Shown here: positions 23,260 through 34,578 of the stretch, piece by piece
How the letters are laid out: each line of letters begins with the position of its first letter
Numbering within the stretch: the first letter of the stretch is position 1
Assembly (NCBI RefSeq): GCF_001194135.2
Contig: NC_069004.1
Location: forward strand, 29,264,206 to 29,300,995
DNA: 36,790 nucleotides
DNA from: Octopus bimaculoides
Lineage: Eukaryota
Reading direction: 5' to 3'
Position numbers and translations under genes: made by a program
The notes under the pieces: model-generated
Told to the model about the DNA's origin: nothing
Seen by the model: only the letters and a program-made list of their open reading frames with translations
Database searches by the model: none

Positions 23260-24018
23260 ATTCTGTCTACTGATATGACATAAAATCTATCGGACGGCTT
23301 ATCTTAAAATTCTAAGGTCCTTGGATTGTTCAACAGGTGTTCATGGGGAAAACATTTACCCATAAAGCTTCACGTTGAGATCAAACCTGTGACCACGTAA
23401 TTACGAAGATAACACCTTAAGTACACGATTCTTTCGCCGCTTTGGCATTTCTTTCATTAAAATGCGCATTCGTCCATACATAACTTGCCATTCTGCTTAC
23501 ATTTCCTGTCTCATTTCCCACCATTCCTATACTCACAGACACCAAACCATCCTTTTATTTCCATTTCAAGGCTTTGTTTCATCATTTCCATTCCTGCAGC
23601 TTTACCAAACCAAAGTTGTTAGCATTTTTTTTTTTTTCTGCTACGATTCATCCTTGTTCTCAAATTATTTATCCTTTAATATATTTCACATGTCAAATAT
23701 ATATATATATATATATANNNNNNNNNNNNNNNNNNNNNNNNNNNNNNNNNNNNNNNNNNNNNNNNNNNNNNNNNNNNNNNNNNNNNNNNNNNNNNNNNNN
23801 NNNNNNNNNNNNNNNNNNNNNNNNNNNNNNNNNNNNNNNNNNNNNNNNNNNNNNNNNNNNNNNNNNNNNNNNNNNNNNNNNNNNNNNNNNNNNNNNNNNN
23901 NNNNNNNNNNNNNNNNNNNNNNNNNNNNNNNNNNNNNNNNNNNNNNNNNNNNNNNNNNNNNNNNNNNNNNNNNNNNNNNNNNNNNNNNNNNNNNNNNNNN
24001 NNNNNNNNNNNNNNNNNN

Positions 24019-24064
<46 letters not shown>

Positions 24065-24252
24065 GTATCTGTTTATCGCTATATCTCTCTCTCCAAACAT
24101 GTAAAACTATCTATCGATATGTTAATCTATTTACATACATGCATATATATATATGTGTGTGTGTGCGTGTGTGTATGTCCATACATACACACATATAAGC
24201 AAATATCTGCACACACACACACACACAGACATATATATAGATAGATAGATAC

Positions 24253-24319
<67 letters not shown>

Positions 24320-24912
24320 TGGGGGGGGTGTTTGTGTAGGTGTGTGTGTATGCATTTCTGCCTCTGTGTCTGTAGAAATAGATTAAAATTTTTCTCCTTT
24401 TCTTTTGTCAGTTTTGGTTTAAAGTTATTTCTTTTTTTCATTCAAGCGGAATACTTGTAAACAAACATATACAAAATACACACACACTCACATAAACACA
24501 CGCACACACGCACACACACACGCACACACACACAAAACACACACATACACACACACACACAAGTGTCATATAGAGACTGCCGTGTCGAACATTCTATTAA
24601 CATTGTATTAAAATACGTTNNNNNNNNNNNNNNNNNNNNNNNNNNNNNNNNNNNNNNNNNNNNNNNNNNNNNNNNNNNNNNNNNNNNNNNNNNNNNNNNN
24701 NNNNNNNNNNNNNNNNNNNNNNNNNNNNNNNNNNNNNNNNNNNNNNNNNNNNNNNNNNNNNNNNNNNNNNNNNNNNNNNNNNNNNNNNNNNNNNNNNNNN
24801 NNNNNNNNNNNNNNNNNNNNNNNNNNNNNNNNNNNNNNNNNNNNNNNNNNNNNNNNNNNNNNNNNNNNNNNNNNNNNNNNNNNNNNNNNNNNNNNNNNNN
24901 NNNNNNNNNNNN

Positions 24913-25340
24913 NCAGAGAAAGGTAATTAAAATTCATTAAAATGACAAATCTATCGGACTTTCAAAGAGGTGTAATTGTTGGTGCTCCTATGCCAGGGAT
25001 TAGCGAAATGTTTGGTGTATCAAGAAGCACTGTCTCAGAAGTAATGACAGCCTTTAAGACAGAGGGAAAAACCTCCTCATCAAAAGAAAACTTCGGAAGA
25101 AAACCAAAACTTTCAGATAGAGACCGTGGGACTCTTACGCGAAGTCGTAGAAAGGACCATAAAGTACGGCTCTCAGAATTACTGCAGAGCTTAATGACTA
25201 CCTCGAGAACCCAGTTTCCACAAAAACCGTTCGCCAGGAGCTGCACAAAGCCAGATTTCATGGCAGGGTTGCTATCAGAAACCTACTGATTTCAAAAACA
25301 AACGTTGCAAAACATTTAGTGTGGAGTAAAAACTTACAGG
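24913..25340 (+). mobile_element. Tc1-like transposase 5' fragment (paired-like HTH region), frameshifted
   Basis: MTNLSDFQRGVIVGA...FGVSRSTVSEVMTAFKTEGKTSSSKENFGRKPKLSDRDR; then, in shifted frames, AELNDYLENPVSTKTVRQELHKARFHGRVAI and KTNVAKHLVWSKNLQ. Confidence 0.92.
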
Positions 25341-25349
25341 AAGAACGAG

Positions 25350-25675
25350 TAAGTGAAAAGTGTGGTGAAAGAGTACAGCAGGGTTCTCTGATAAAAGCTT
25401 AGTCATCATCTTTGAAGTGTGTTTAGGGTCATTATCAAGATGGACATGGAATGTCGTCCTAGTTTCTTGTTGCTTTTCAACATTGTTTCTGCAATGTGTC
25501 ACTATAAATCCTTGAATCCATTGTTCTCTCAAAATATGTGAGTCCTCCTACACCAGCCGCACTCATGCATATCGAAAGCATAACACTTCCGCCGCCTTGT
25601 TTCACTGTAGGTACGGTGCATTTGTCGCTATTATCTTCACTTAGTCGTCACCATACTCGTTTAATTCCGTCTGAC
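25350..25675 (-). mobile_element. Tc1-like transposase DDE-domain fragment, pseudogenised
   Basis: Minus strand SDGIKRVW*RLSEDNSDKCTVPTVKQGGGSVMLSICMSAAGVGGLTYFERTMDSRIY; then, in shifted frames, MLKSNKKLGR and HLDNDPKHTSKM. Confidence 0.93.
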
Positions 25676-25789
25676 ACACAGTGTGTGTGTGTGTCTGCGT
25701 GTATTTCGTTTACGCATTCGTAGACCAATAACGTGATGTAGAACTCAATATACTTATGTTTCAGAACGATGTTTTAGCAGAGTATAGCG

Positions 25790-25930
25790 CAGGGAATAAG
25801 ACAAATGACTACGTTAAGGGTACACATGTCTCAGGAGCACTCAGCCACACTTGCACGTCAATTTCACGAGCAGGCTGTTCTGTTGATCGTATCAATTGAA
25901 ACTCGCGCCGTCGCAACCGTCGGAGTGCCG
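25790..25930 (+). mobile_element. SINE family C (type C2), 3' part
   Basis: ctacgttaagggtacacatgtc...cactcagccacacttgcacgtcaatttcacgagcaggctgttctgttgatcgtatcaattgaa matches 8515-8600. Confidence 0.8.
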
Positions 25931-25938
25931 TATATATA

Positions 25939-26053
25939 CGTATAAGAAGGGATGACCACTAGGTGGACATCCAATATGCTCGAAAGAGGTCATCAACGAC
26001 GACCTCTTTCTAGTATATTGAATGTCCACCTAGTGGTCATCCCTCCTTATACG
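25939..26053. repeat. Long inverted repeat (53-bp arms, 4 mismatches, 9-nt loop)
   Basis: 25939-25991 compared base by base with the reverse complement of 26001-26053: 49/53 identical. Confidence 0.95.
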
Positions 26054-26142
26054 CATGTAATACAATCTTTTCTGAATTATCAGATTTTTTTTATATGGTA
26101 GACCACTGGTTTTAAATTGAAATTAATATTCAATTTATCACC

Positions 26143-26231
<89 letters not shown>

Positions 26232-26246
26232 ATATATATATATATA

Positions 26247-26474
26247 GTGGTTGTCTACTCCTTACACAGAGTTTGACCACCTCCTGCACCTACACCTTAG
26301 CCCCTTCATGGCGTTTGATGTGGCTTTTTAAACCAGACAGTGTTTTGAAAAAACACCCACACAGATTGCACCTCTGATTTGCACTACCAATACCTGCAAG
26401 TAAGTTCTGCTCATTGTGGATCCTAACATGTCTTTTAAGACCCTCTTTGGACTTACAAACCCTCTGGCACACAT
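26247..26474 (-). mobile_element. RTE-like LINE 3' end with tandem C2H2 zinc fingers, 5'-truncated
   Basis: VCQRVCKSKEGLKRHVRIH...QRCNLCGCFFKTLSGLKSHIKRHEGAKV* (first finger lacks its first Cys); short 3' UTR ending ...gtagacaaccac, then (TA)n at 26149-26246. Confidence 0.72.
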
Positions 26475-26924
26475 ATGTTGTATATGTTGTATGTACCTAC
26501 CTACAACATATTATGTACCTACCTACAACATATTTTAGTTACTGCAGGACGTATAAAGAAACTCATGTTGGCACCTCATAGAAATTCATGAAATAAAAGT
26601 CGATAAACATACTTTTATTTACGTTACGTTCATTTCTATCAATCTATTTAGTTTGTCCTCAAACGCTGTTTCATTTCCTTACTTCATTTCAATATTAACT
26701 TCGTGAATGTGAAACACGAACTATTTCGTTGAACTAGGCTAAATATGTTAAATGCGTTAATATCTCAGATTTCATGAATTAAGGAGACATTTTAAAAATT
26801 AAGAAAATAATCTGGATAATATGAATCCGCATTTAATGAATTTAACGAAATTTATATGATTAGGAAAAAAAAAAATTAATGCTTTATTTAAACTTCGGTG
26901 CAAAGTGTTGTACGTACGTGCGTA

Positions 26925-26975
26925 CGTATGTATGTATGTATGTATGTATGTATGTATGTATGTACGTATGTATGT
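26925..26975. repeat. (TATG)n microsatellite
   Basis: Read directly. Confidence 0.95.
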
Positions 26976-27138
26976 AACTAACTACGTACATATGTACTGT
27001 GTCTTTTTATCATTGTTTCTGTATATGTGATTGTGTGTAGCTATACACAAAAATACATACGTATTGTGTTATATTTACACGTATGTGTGTGTTTGTATGC
27101 CAGTATGAGTGGGTATGCATGTACGTATATGACGTGTG

Positions 27139-27175
<37 letters not shown>

Positions 27176-27249
27176 ATACACATGTATACACACATGTATA
27201 TATATTTATTACAAAATTGTTGGCCAATGTCTGTCTTTCCCTTTCTCCT

Positions 27250-27300
27250 CTGTCTATCTATCTATCCATCTATCTATCTTTCGATTATCTATCTATCAAT

Positions 27301-27344
<44 letters not shown>

Positions 27345-27406
27345 TTATCTATCTATCTAACTATCTATCTATCTGTCTACCTATCTATATCTATATATAT
27401 ATATAT
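27250..27406. repeat. (TATC)n/(TA)n microsatellite running into a gap
   Basis: Read directly. Confidence 0.95.
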
Positions 27407-28399
27407 NNNNNNNNNNNNNNNNNNNNNNNNNNNNNNNNNNNNNNNNNNNNNNNNNNNNNNNNNNNNNNNNNNNNNNNNNNNNNNNNNNNNNNNNNNNNNN
27501 NNNNNNNNNNNNNNNNNNNNNNNNNNNNNNNNNNNNNNNNNNNNNNNNNNNNNNNNNNNNNNNNNNNNNNNNNNNNNNNNNNNNNNNNNNNNNNNNNNNN
27601 NNNNNNNNNNNNNNNNNNNNNNNNNNNNNNNNNNNNNNNNNNNNNNNNNNNNNNNNNNNNNNNNNNNNNNNNNNNNNNNNNNNNNNNNNNNNNNNNNNNN
27701 NNNNNNNNNNNNNNNNNNNNNNNNNNNNNNNNNNNNNNNNNNNNNNNNNNNNNNNNNNNNNNNNNNNNNNNNNNNNNNNNNNNNNNNNNNNNNNNNNNNN
27801 NNNNNNNNNNNNNNNNNNNNNNNNNNNNNNNNNNNNNNNNNNNNNNNNNNNNNNNNNNNNNNNNNNNNNNNNNNNNNNNNNNNNNNNNNNNNNNNNNNNN
27901 NNNNNNNNNNNNNNNNNNNNNNNNNNNNNNNNNNNNNNNNNNNNNNNNNNNNNNNNNNNNNNNNNNNNNNNNNNNNNNNNNNNNNNNNNNNNNNNNNNNN
28001 NNNNNNNNNNNNNNNNNNNNNNNNNNNNNNNNNNNNNNNNNNNNNNNNNNNNNNNNNNNNNNNNNNNNNNNNNNNNNNNNNNNNNNNNNNNNNNNNNNNN
28101 NNNNNNNNNNNNNNNNNNNNNNNNNNNNNNNNNNNNNNNNNNNNNNNNNNNNNNNNNNNNNNNNNNNNNNNNNNNNNNNNNNNNNNNNNNNNNNNNNNNN
28201 NNNNNNNNNNNNNNNNNNNNNNNNNNNNNNNNNNNNNNNNNNNNNNNNNNNNNNNNNNNNNNNNNNNNNNNNNNNNNNNNNNNNNNNNNNNNNNNNNNNN
28301 NNNNNNNNNNNNNNNNNNNNNNNNNNNNNNNNNNNNNNNNNNNNNNNNNNNNNNNNNNNNNNNNNNNNNNNNNNNNNNNNNNNNNNNNNNNNNNNNNNN

Positions 28400-28469
<70 letters not shown>

Positions 28470-28614
28470 GCAGCCAGATAGATAAATAGATAGATACACA
28501 GATAGATAGATACACATATACATGCATGCATACATACATACATACATACATACAGACATACATACAAACATAGACAGGCACATACATACATACATACATA
28601 CATACATACAAACA

Positions 28615-28648
<34 letters not shown>

Positions 28649-28712
28649 CATACATACAAACATGCATACATACATACATACATACATACATACATACATA
28701 CATACAAACATA
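28400..28712. repeat. (AAAG)n then (GATA)n/(CATA)n microsatellites
   Basis: Read directly. Confidence 0.95.
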
Positions 28713-29262
28713 GACAGGCGGATATATGGTTTAAACTGGCGCAGTCTTTGTTCATGTATCATATATATCGCAACGATATTTCGTCCATTATATCACGGTA
28801 CAATATTCTCAAACCATCAAACATACCGTTTCCCTGCTTTATTCACTTTCACGCCATTGTAATTTTGTAATAATATTTAGAAATTAGCTATCAAATTTTA
28901 CCGATGAACCTTGACGTGACATTCACAGGCTAACTCTATTTACTTGCTGCACGTAAGTATATAAGAACCAAATTTAATAACTAATTTTATGTAACATTAT
29001 ATACGTGTGTTATAACGTAGATGATTTTAATACGGTATATATATATATATATATAATGTGTGTTACATTTATATGTTGAACGGTTATAACATCTTTTAAT
29101 ACTTGAAGTGTCTTTAACACATGACAGTTATGTGTTTGTCTGTGTAACTATAATCTATATACATTCATATATACACACACCCGCCACACAGACACACAGA
29201 TACACACACACACATATACATATCCATACATATGTATATTGGATATATATATTGCTTGGATA

Positions 29263-29305
<43 letters not shown>

Positions 29306-29394
29306 ATCCATCCATCTATCCATACATGCATCCAAACATCCATACAAACATACATACCTACATCTATGATCGATCGCTGACCACTACACATATT

Positions 29395-29572
29395 TTTTTC
29401 TCTCCTTGTTTCTTTCTGTGTCCTTTTCTGTTGAAGAGCGTAGNNNNNNNNNNTCCTTTTCTGTTGAAGAGCGTAGGCTCGAAATGTTAAAGACTTTCTC
29501 TATTCCCGAGCGTTATACTAATACATCCATTTATTGTTTACACCACTTGTCCGTTGTTTTTTCGTGAATTCT

Positions 29573-29576
<4 letters not shown>
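29395..29576 (+). mobile_element. Retroposon fragment (Penelope-pLTR/retrozyme-like) with minimal hammerhead-like motif at 29456-29493
   Basis: CTGTTGA-A-GAGC-GTAG-GCTC-GAA-ATGT-T-AAAG. Aligns over ~120 bp with the minus-strand copy at 34579-34710; both end in attctccc(ta)n. Confidence 0.7.
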
Positions 29577-29607
<31 letters not shown>

Positions 29608-30374
29608 ACAAGAAAGGAAGAGAGGAAGGAGCAGAAAGAATAGAGGAGGGGAGGAGACATGTGTAATTTCTTTACTCGGCATGATAGATAACAAACATGC
29701 ACAAACGTGCGTGCTCTCAAGTACCTAAGGAGTTTGCTATACGATGCGGTGAGACTCGGCCGACTTAACAAATTTAGAAACGTTGGACTGATGCCTAATC
29801 AAGAAATGATTATTGTCCGAAATTTTAATTAATATATCTGTTGTTCAAGTTTTACATTTAAGCGATGTCAAACTAATTAGTAACTCATAATGAATTAATA
29901 AAGAATCGTTAGTAACCCAACAATAGATTATTCCATTCATTCTAAAGCGATAGACAATATCAGTGAAAGAAGAAGAAGATAAAAAGTCTTAAAAGATAGG
30001 GCATAGTTACCAAAAAAAAAAACAACAAAAAAAAAAACAATGACTTGGAATGGAATCAATAACATCGTTACTGCTATTTTGTAAACAGAGAACTATCTAG
30101 AAAACCACGAACAAATCAATGCCTACTCAATAGATTAGAGAATTTACTAGAAGCAGAATTTATTGATCTATAGATGAAAAATATTCAGAGATATTCAGAA
30201 ATTATTTGCATTTATATTCTATTTGATAGATCCCAGTATGATGAGGATGTGAGCCTTGGCTAAGAAATATTGCTGCTGTTGTACTTCGGTAAGAAGTATA
30301 TAAATATTAACTGAAGAGGAAAGAAAATTAGCTGATGCAGCATATTAAAGAATATAGATCAAACTTAAAACATT

Positions 30375-31322
30375 CTGACATCTTGTGTAAGTGTTTTGTA
30401 AAATAGCCTCGGACCGACCAAATGCTTGTGAATGGATTTAGTACAGGGAAACCGATAGAAGCCTCTCATATACATACATACATACATACATACATACATA
30501 CATACATACATTCATACATACATACATTTATATATATTTATATATATATATATATNNNNNNNNNNNNNNNNNNNNNNNNNNNNNNNNNNNNNNNNNNNNN
30601 NNNNNNNNNNNNNNNNNNNNNNNNNNNNNNNNNNNNNNNNNNNNNNNNNNNNNNNNNNNNNNNNNNNNNNNNNNNNNNNNNNNNNNNNNNNNNNNNNNNN
30701 NNNNNNNNNNNNNNNNNNNNNNNNNNNNNNNNNNNNNNNNNNNNNNNNNNNNNNNNNNNNNNNNNNNNNNNNNNNNNNNNNNNNNNNNNNNNNNNNNNNN
30801 NNNNNNNNNNNNNNNNNNNNNNNNNNNNNNNNNNNNNNNNNNNNNNNNNNNNNNNNNNNNNNNNNNNNNNNNNNNNNNNNNNNNNNNNNNNNNNNNNNNN
30901 NNNNNNNNNNNNNNNNNNNNNNNNNNNNNNNNNNNNNNNNNNNNNNNNNNNNNNNNNNNNNNNNNNNNNNNNNNNNNNNNNNNNNNNNNNNNNNNNNNNN
31001 NNNNNNNNNNNNNNNNNNNNNNNNNNNNNNNNNNNNNNNNNNNNNNNNNNNNNNNNNNNNNNNNNNNNNNNNNNNNNNNNNNNNNNNNNNNNNNNNNNNN
31101 NNNNNNNNNNNNNNNNNNNNNNNNNNNNNNNNNNNNNNNNNNNNNNNNNNNNNNNNNNNNNNNNNNNNNNNNNNNNNNNNNNNNNNNNNNNNNNNNNNNN
31201 NNNNNNNNNNNNNNNNNNNNNNNNNNNNNNNNNNNNNNNNNNNNNNNNNNNNNNNNNNNNNNNNNNNNNNNNNNNNNNNNNNNNNNNNNNNNNNNNNNNN
31301 NNNNNNNNNNNNNNNNNNNNNN

Positions 31323-31362
<40 letters not shown>

Positions 31363-31552
31363 GTGTGTGTGTGTGTGTGTATGTATATATGTATGCATGT
31401 GTATGTCCCTCCACCATCGCTTGTCAACCGATGGAATTAGTACTAGGCTTACAAAGAATAAGTCCTGGGGTCTATTTGCTCGACTAAAGGCGGTACTCCA
31501 GCATGGGTGCAGTCAAAATGACTGAAACAAGTAGAAGAATTAAACAATAAAG
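30375..31552 (+). mobile_element. SINE family B spanning a gap: 5' part 30375-30468, internal microsatellite and gap, 3' part 31405-31552
   Basis: atagcctcggaccgaccaaatgcttgtgaatggattt...aaccgatagaagcc before the gap; ccaccatcgcttgtcaaccgat...aagaataagtcctgggg...ctccagcatgg after it. A single element is inferred. Confidence 0.7.
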
Positions 31553-31556
31553 AATA

Positions 31557-31589
<33 letters not shown>

Positions 31590-31622
31590 TTATATATATA
31601 TATATATATACANNNNNNNNNN

Positions 31623-31655
<33 letters not shown>

Positions 31656-31769
31656 TTATATATATATATATATATACATATATACATATACATATATATA
31701 TATATATATATTATAGACAAGAAACTAATATTTCGAACGCAGTATAGCCGTAAAAACAGCAGAAAGATT

Positions 31770-31860
31770 GGGTATGTTACCCTTATTGGATGGAAAAAAG
31801 TTGCCTGCAGACGACTACTGGACTCGAACCCCACTCCTCGGATACAGGCGTACGCGCGCA
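31770..31860 (-). mobile_element. Possible tRNA-derived SINE head of another family
   Basis: Reverse complement gcgcgtacgcctgtatccgaggagtggggttcgagtccagtagtcg contains a B-box-like GGTTCGAGTCC; no second copy in the window. Confidence 0.4.
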
Positions 31861-32831
31861 GACGGACACACACATACACACATGTGCCTTTGTGCTTGTG
31901 TGTGTGAGTGCGTGCATACACAAGCATATTAATTTCCCCTTTAATTTCCTAAGAGATCAGAAATATATAAATGAGATGATATTAGATTTTTTCCCCGGCT
32001 TTATTGTTTCACTAAGCAACAAAGGAAATATGGTAAATTTTCGTTTGAGTTCGCTATTTTGTTTATGAGTGGAGTAATTATAGCAGAATTAATTAATTGA
32101 ATAATTCGCTCTCATCATGAGGAACATGTGAAACTCATTTAAACACCAACATATATTATTTAACAAATTCTAGATTTCTTAAAAGAAGAGTGTGTGTCTG
32201 TGTATTTGTATAAGTGCTTTTTGATCTGGGGTTAAAAGAAATGACCCCAGTCCAAGTATGACACGTAGAGGAGATTGAGGTGGGACTTCGATGGTGGCAT
32301 TGTAATCTTGAGGTCCTGCTCCTTGCGTGATATTTTCAGTTCTAGTTTGATCCATAAACCTTATGTGCGAAAATGGATTAACGAAAAGTTAATGTTTGCT
32401 AGAGAATTGCGTTAAGGGTTTACTTGTCTACGGAAAACTCGAGAGAAAATAGTTCACGAAAAGCACGCGTAGTTATATGGTTACATACATACATACATAC
32501 ATACATACATTACACACACACACATACCCAAATATATATACCATTGATAAAATCTAAGGAGTTCGAAACATCGATGTCTGAGAATCCTGACAGATGGGCA
32601 TAATGCACAGATTTGGTGCTTTTACACCTTTTTACCATAAGAGAAACTTTTCTCCATGGTAACTGCAGTGAATTTGCCTTTCAACAGTTGAAATATGTCA
32701 CAACATATTTTAACTAACCTAAACTTTGCTTTTACTTAAAAACTGCATGGCGGTAATATTTCAGTAACATATATATANNNNNNNNNNTATATATATGTGT
32801 GTGTGTGTGTGTGTGTTGTGTTTTTGTATAA

Positions 32832-32869
<38 letters not shown>

Positions 32870-32936
32870 AGACGGACGAAATGCTGCTAAGCATCCTACT
32901 CGGCGAGCTAAAGATGCAGCCAGCTCGCGGCCTTAT
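32870..32936 (-). mobile_element. SINE family A head fragment
   Basis: gacggacgaaatgctgctaagcatcc...gccagctcgcggcctta. Confidence 0.82.
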
Positions 32937-33359
32937 TAATCAACATTCATAATGTAAGCGTGTCACGCCTGGGAATCAAACAGGAAGTGCTATGACCGTT
33001 GTTTCGTATGGGATTCTATGGGGGAAGTACATCAGGACTCCCCCAAGAATATTAGACTGTAGAAAAGGATAGAATTGATATTGGTTCAATATTTTTCTGA
33101 TGGACATTTAAAAAGCAAGATGTCTATGCTACATTAAACGTTACAGTTGTGTCTCTACTCCTGTCCAGATATTTCGTGTATGGATGTATGATCTACTACC
33201 AACTAATTCATTACAATATTTTATTGACTTTTGTCCTTACAATATTCCATATTTTCCGAAAGCCGAAAGTATAAAGTATAAACAGTGCCACGAATATGGA
33301 GACAGAAATCAAATCAAATACTTTCTGACGATGTCGGATATTTATGTTTATATAAATAT

Positions 33360-33636
33360 AGATAAATATACATACATGCAAACAAACACACACTCACACG
33401 CACACACTTACACACACACGTACACACAGACTCACGCGCACACACAGGCACACGTACACACACGCACAAACTCACACACACATAGATGTATGAATGTATG
33501 TATATATGCATGTATGACTGTATGGAGGGATGGAGGGAGGGATAAATAGATGGATGAACGGATGGATGGATGGATGGATGGATGGATGGATATATAGATC
33601 AATAGATAGATAGACAGATATGTATATGTACTTATA

Positions 33637-33667
<31 letters not shown>

Positions 33668-33690
33668 ATATATACACACAGATATATAAT

Positions 33691-33724
<34 letters not shown>

Positions 33725-33791
33725 TGTGTGTGTGTGTTTGAATACAAATACATACATATTTATATATATATACATATATATACACACACAT
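33360..33791. repeat. Compound (CA)n/(GGAT)n/(TA)n microsatellites
   Basis: Read directly. Confidence 0.92.
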
Positions 33792-34270
33792 NNNNNNNNN
33801 NNNNNNNNNNNNNNNNNNNNNNNNNNNNNNNNNNNNNNNNNNNNNNNNNNNNNNNNNNNNNNNNNNNNNNNNNNNNNNNNNNNNNNNNNNNNNNNNNNNN
33901 NNNNNNNNNNNNNNNNNNNNNNNNNNNNNNNNNNNNNNNNNNNNNNNNNNNNNNNNNNNNNNNNNNNNNNNNNNNNNNNNNNNNNNNNNNNNNNNNNNNN
34001 NNNNNNNNNNNNNNNNNNNNNNNNNNNNNNNNNNNNNNNNNNNNNNNNNNNTTCTATTGAACTATGGGAATCATTTCCTCATTAATTGTTCAGAGCCTAT
34101 TTATTTTCGAAAAAAAAAAAACAACAACATCATGGAAATATTTCTTTTACCCCACGGTGTATAGCTGTTTATTGAAACGCTCCATTGATTTTTGCTCTTG
34201 GTTATTGAAAACCTAAATAGCGACAGATATGTGGACAGATAAACAGATTAAAGATATGTGTCTGTGTGTG

Positions 34271-34321
<51 letters not shown>

Positions 34322-34578
34322 AAAGAAAAAGAGAGGGAGAGAGGGAGAGAGAGAGATGACAAAGGAATACTCTTAATCTCATTTCGATTCTTTTTTCGCT
34401 TTCTTTTTTCTTTTTTACATAAAGCGAAGTTCATAAAAATGTATTTTCCTTTGTTTGTTAACGTCTCCTCGAAAGTATATTGGTATTTATTTTCTGGTTC
34501 ATCATACTCTCTGGTGTAAATATGATGAATCGCTACACACACAGACACCCCCCACCATATATATATATATATATATAT

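Noticed and set aside
26075-26150. caatttatcaccctctg next to (TA)n, resembling a Tc1/mariner TIR
   Set aside because: No partner TIR or transposase sequence was found to confirm it.
29421-29460. Tandem hammerhead (retrozyme-like dimer) across the 10-N gap
   Set aside because: The 23 bp before the gap are identical to those after it, typical of an unmerged contig overlap; the 10-N gap at 31613 shows similar flanking redundancy. Needs long reads.
30063-30173. Short frame ...RELSRKPRTNQCLLNRLENLLEAEFIDL*
   Set aside because: Under 40 codons, unrecognised, with a mediocre acceptor.
30230-30288. Exon-like segment with good acceptor and GTAAGA donor
   Set aside because: All three frames contain stops; it could only be non-coding and there is no other support.
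32544-32585. Hammerhead-like TTGATAA...GAA-ACATCGATGT-C
   Set aside because: Palindromic stem III is present, but there are two core changes, a broken stem II and only a 2-bp stem I.
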